Shown here in pieces: positions 15,906-16,692 of a DNA stretch of 16,692 bases. The stretch comes from Candidatus Altiarchaeales archaeon IMC4 (GTDB lineage Archaea; Altiarchaeota; Altiarchaeia; IMC4), in the NCBI GenBank assembly GCA_001742785.1, contig MCBF01000001.1:208964-225655 (forward strand), written 5' to 3'. How positions within the stretch are numbered: the stretch's first letter is position 1; every line of letters begins with the position of its first letter. Under the pieces are notes generated by a model that was given only the letters and a program-made list of their open reading frames with translations, was not told the origin of the DNA and ran no database searches. Made by a program: the position numbers and the translations under genes.

Positions 15906-16448
15906 ATGAGGATTATTGTAGCGGTAACCGGTGCGTCCGGCGTCGTAATCGCAAAAAGGGTTCTTGAATCGCTGTCCGGCCACGAGGTTCACCTCATCGT
16001 CTCGGAAAACGCAAAAAAGGTAATGAAGTACGAGAGGGTCGAGATTGATGAGAACCTATGCAAGAAGTCGTATTCTGAAAATGACATGGCCGCCCTGATT
16101 GCATCCTCCTCGTTTGCGGTGGACGCGATGGTAATCGTACCCTGCTCGATGAAGACGCTTTCCGCCGTGGCAAACGGCTTCTGCGACAACCTGATAGTGC
16201 GGGCTGCCGAGAACGTCCTGAAGATGGGAAAGCGGCTTGTGGTGGTGCCGAGGGACACACCCCTGACGCTTGCCGCCATAGAAAACATGAGAAGGGTGAA
16301 ACTCAGCGGGGGGATAATCCTGCCGCCCGTTGCCGCCTACTACAACGAACCGAAATCTGCGGACGACATGACCGACTTCTTCGTCGGGAAGATTCTGGAC
16401 GTTCTTGGGATCAAGCATGGGCTGTACAAAAAGTGGAAGGGGGATTAA
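15906..16448 (+). CDS. ubiX: Flavin prenyltransferase UbiX
   Basis: IIVAVTGASG, IASSS, VPCSMKTLSAVANG..DNLI.RAA..LK, VPRDTPL and PPVAAYY motifs. Confidence 0.92.
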   Translation: MRIIVAVTGASGVVIAKRVLESLSGHEVHLIVSENAKKVMKYERVEIDENLCKKSYSENDMAALIASSSFAVDAMVIVPCSMKTLSAVANGFCDNLIVRAAENVLKMGKRLVVVPRDTPLTLAAIENMRRVKLSGGIILPPVAAYYNEPKSADDMTDFFVGKILDVLGIKHGLYKKWKGD

Positions 16449-16530
16449 TTGTTTACTAACGATACGTTGTATTCCTTAAATTTTAACTTTGTATAAGGTA
16501 TTATGTTTAAAAGATTAAATATTTGAAACT

Positions 16531-16692
16531 GTAACTACCAACCCCTCAATCAACCCGCACTTGCTGGACTTATTTGAGGAATAAACGGATGCCCCTCAAA
16601 AGCGTCTTGTATTGCACCTATAACCCTGCACTTGTTTTTTCGGGCGGTTGAGATATATCCACGAATACGACAGAACCTTTTTGCTCCTTCAA
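16531..16692 (-). mobile_element. Right end of an IS66-family element (IRR at 16531)
   Basis: GTAACTACCAACCC terminal repeat lies just downstream of the transposase stop codon. Confidence 0.8.
16550..16692 (-). CDS. IS66 transposase C-terminus (partial, not in the ORF track)
   Basis: EGAKRFCRIRGYISTARKNKCRVIGAIQDAFEGHPFIPQISPASAG* matches the IS66 C-terminal GA..F.RIR.YIST.RK...AF.G.P pattern. Confidence 0.85.
   Translation of the reverse strand, partial: EGAKRFCRIRGYISTARKNKCRVIGAIQDAFEGHPFIPQISPASAG

Noticed and set aside
4762..16418. Numerous 60-226 aa alternative-frame and antisense ORFs inside the long genes
   Set aside because: They are shadow ORFs of GC-rich coding regions whose main frames carry clear family motifs.
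97..16530. Composite transposon or genomic island spanning the window
   Set aside because: The cargo is mostly core genes (map, rpl14e, rnp4, tRNAs, mevalonate genes) and the outer IS ends are not visible. A contig break at repeats is simpler.

Overview
Archaeal chromosomal segment (lineage not determinable; a Euryarchaeota/DPANN-type archaeon such as Altiarchaeota is only a guess), bounded at both ends by ends of IS66-family elements. The core carries type II map, tRNA-Ile(GAT), a stand-alone CoaB, a 1140-aa tandem-AAA ATPase fused to a DUF835-like tail, a class I aminotransferase with an Lrp regulator, a PIN-like protein, a membrane protein, DUF192, Rpp21, L14e, tRNA-Asn(GTT), HMG-CoA synthase plus thiolase, an A24 prepilin peptidase and UbiX. 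An AT-rich left block holds an NDP-sugar epimerase, a complete IS1595 element (1064-2115) and a 5'-truncated UbiA-family gene. The main discovery is that the IS1595 transposase can be reconstructed by hand once four ~50-56 bp inserts are removed. Each insert is non-coding, has its own sequence and consists of two adjacent hairpins. Hairpins of the same style (mostly C-loop-G closing pairs, shared loops and AATTT cores) also lie on both sides of tRNA-Ile, bracketed by duplicated tRNA ends, and between a duplicated start and the real start of the HMG-CoA synthase gene. This points to a possibly undescribed short double-hairpin insertion system. All pairings and translations were done by eye, and no database search was run.
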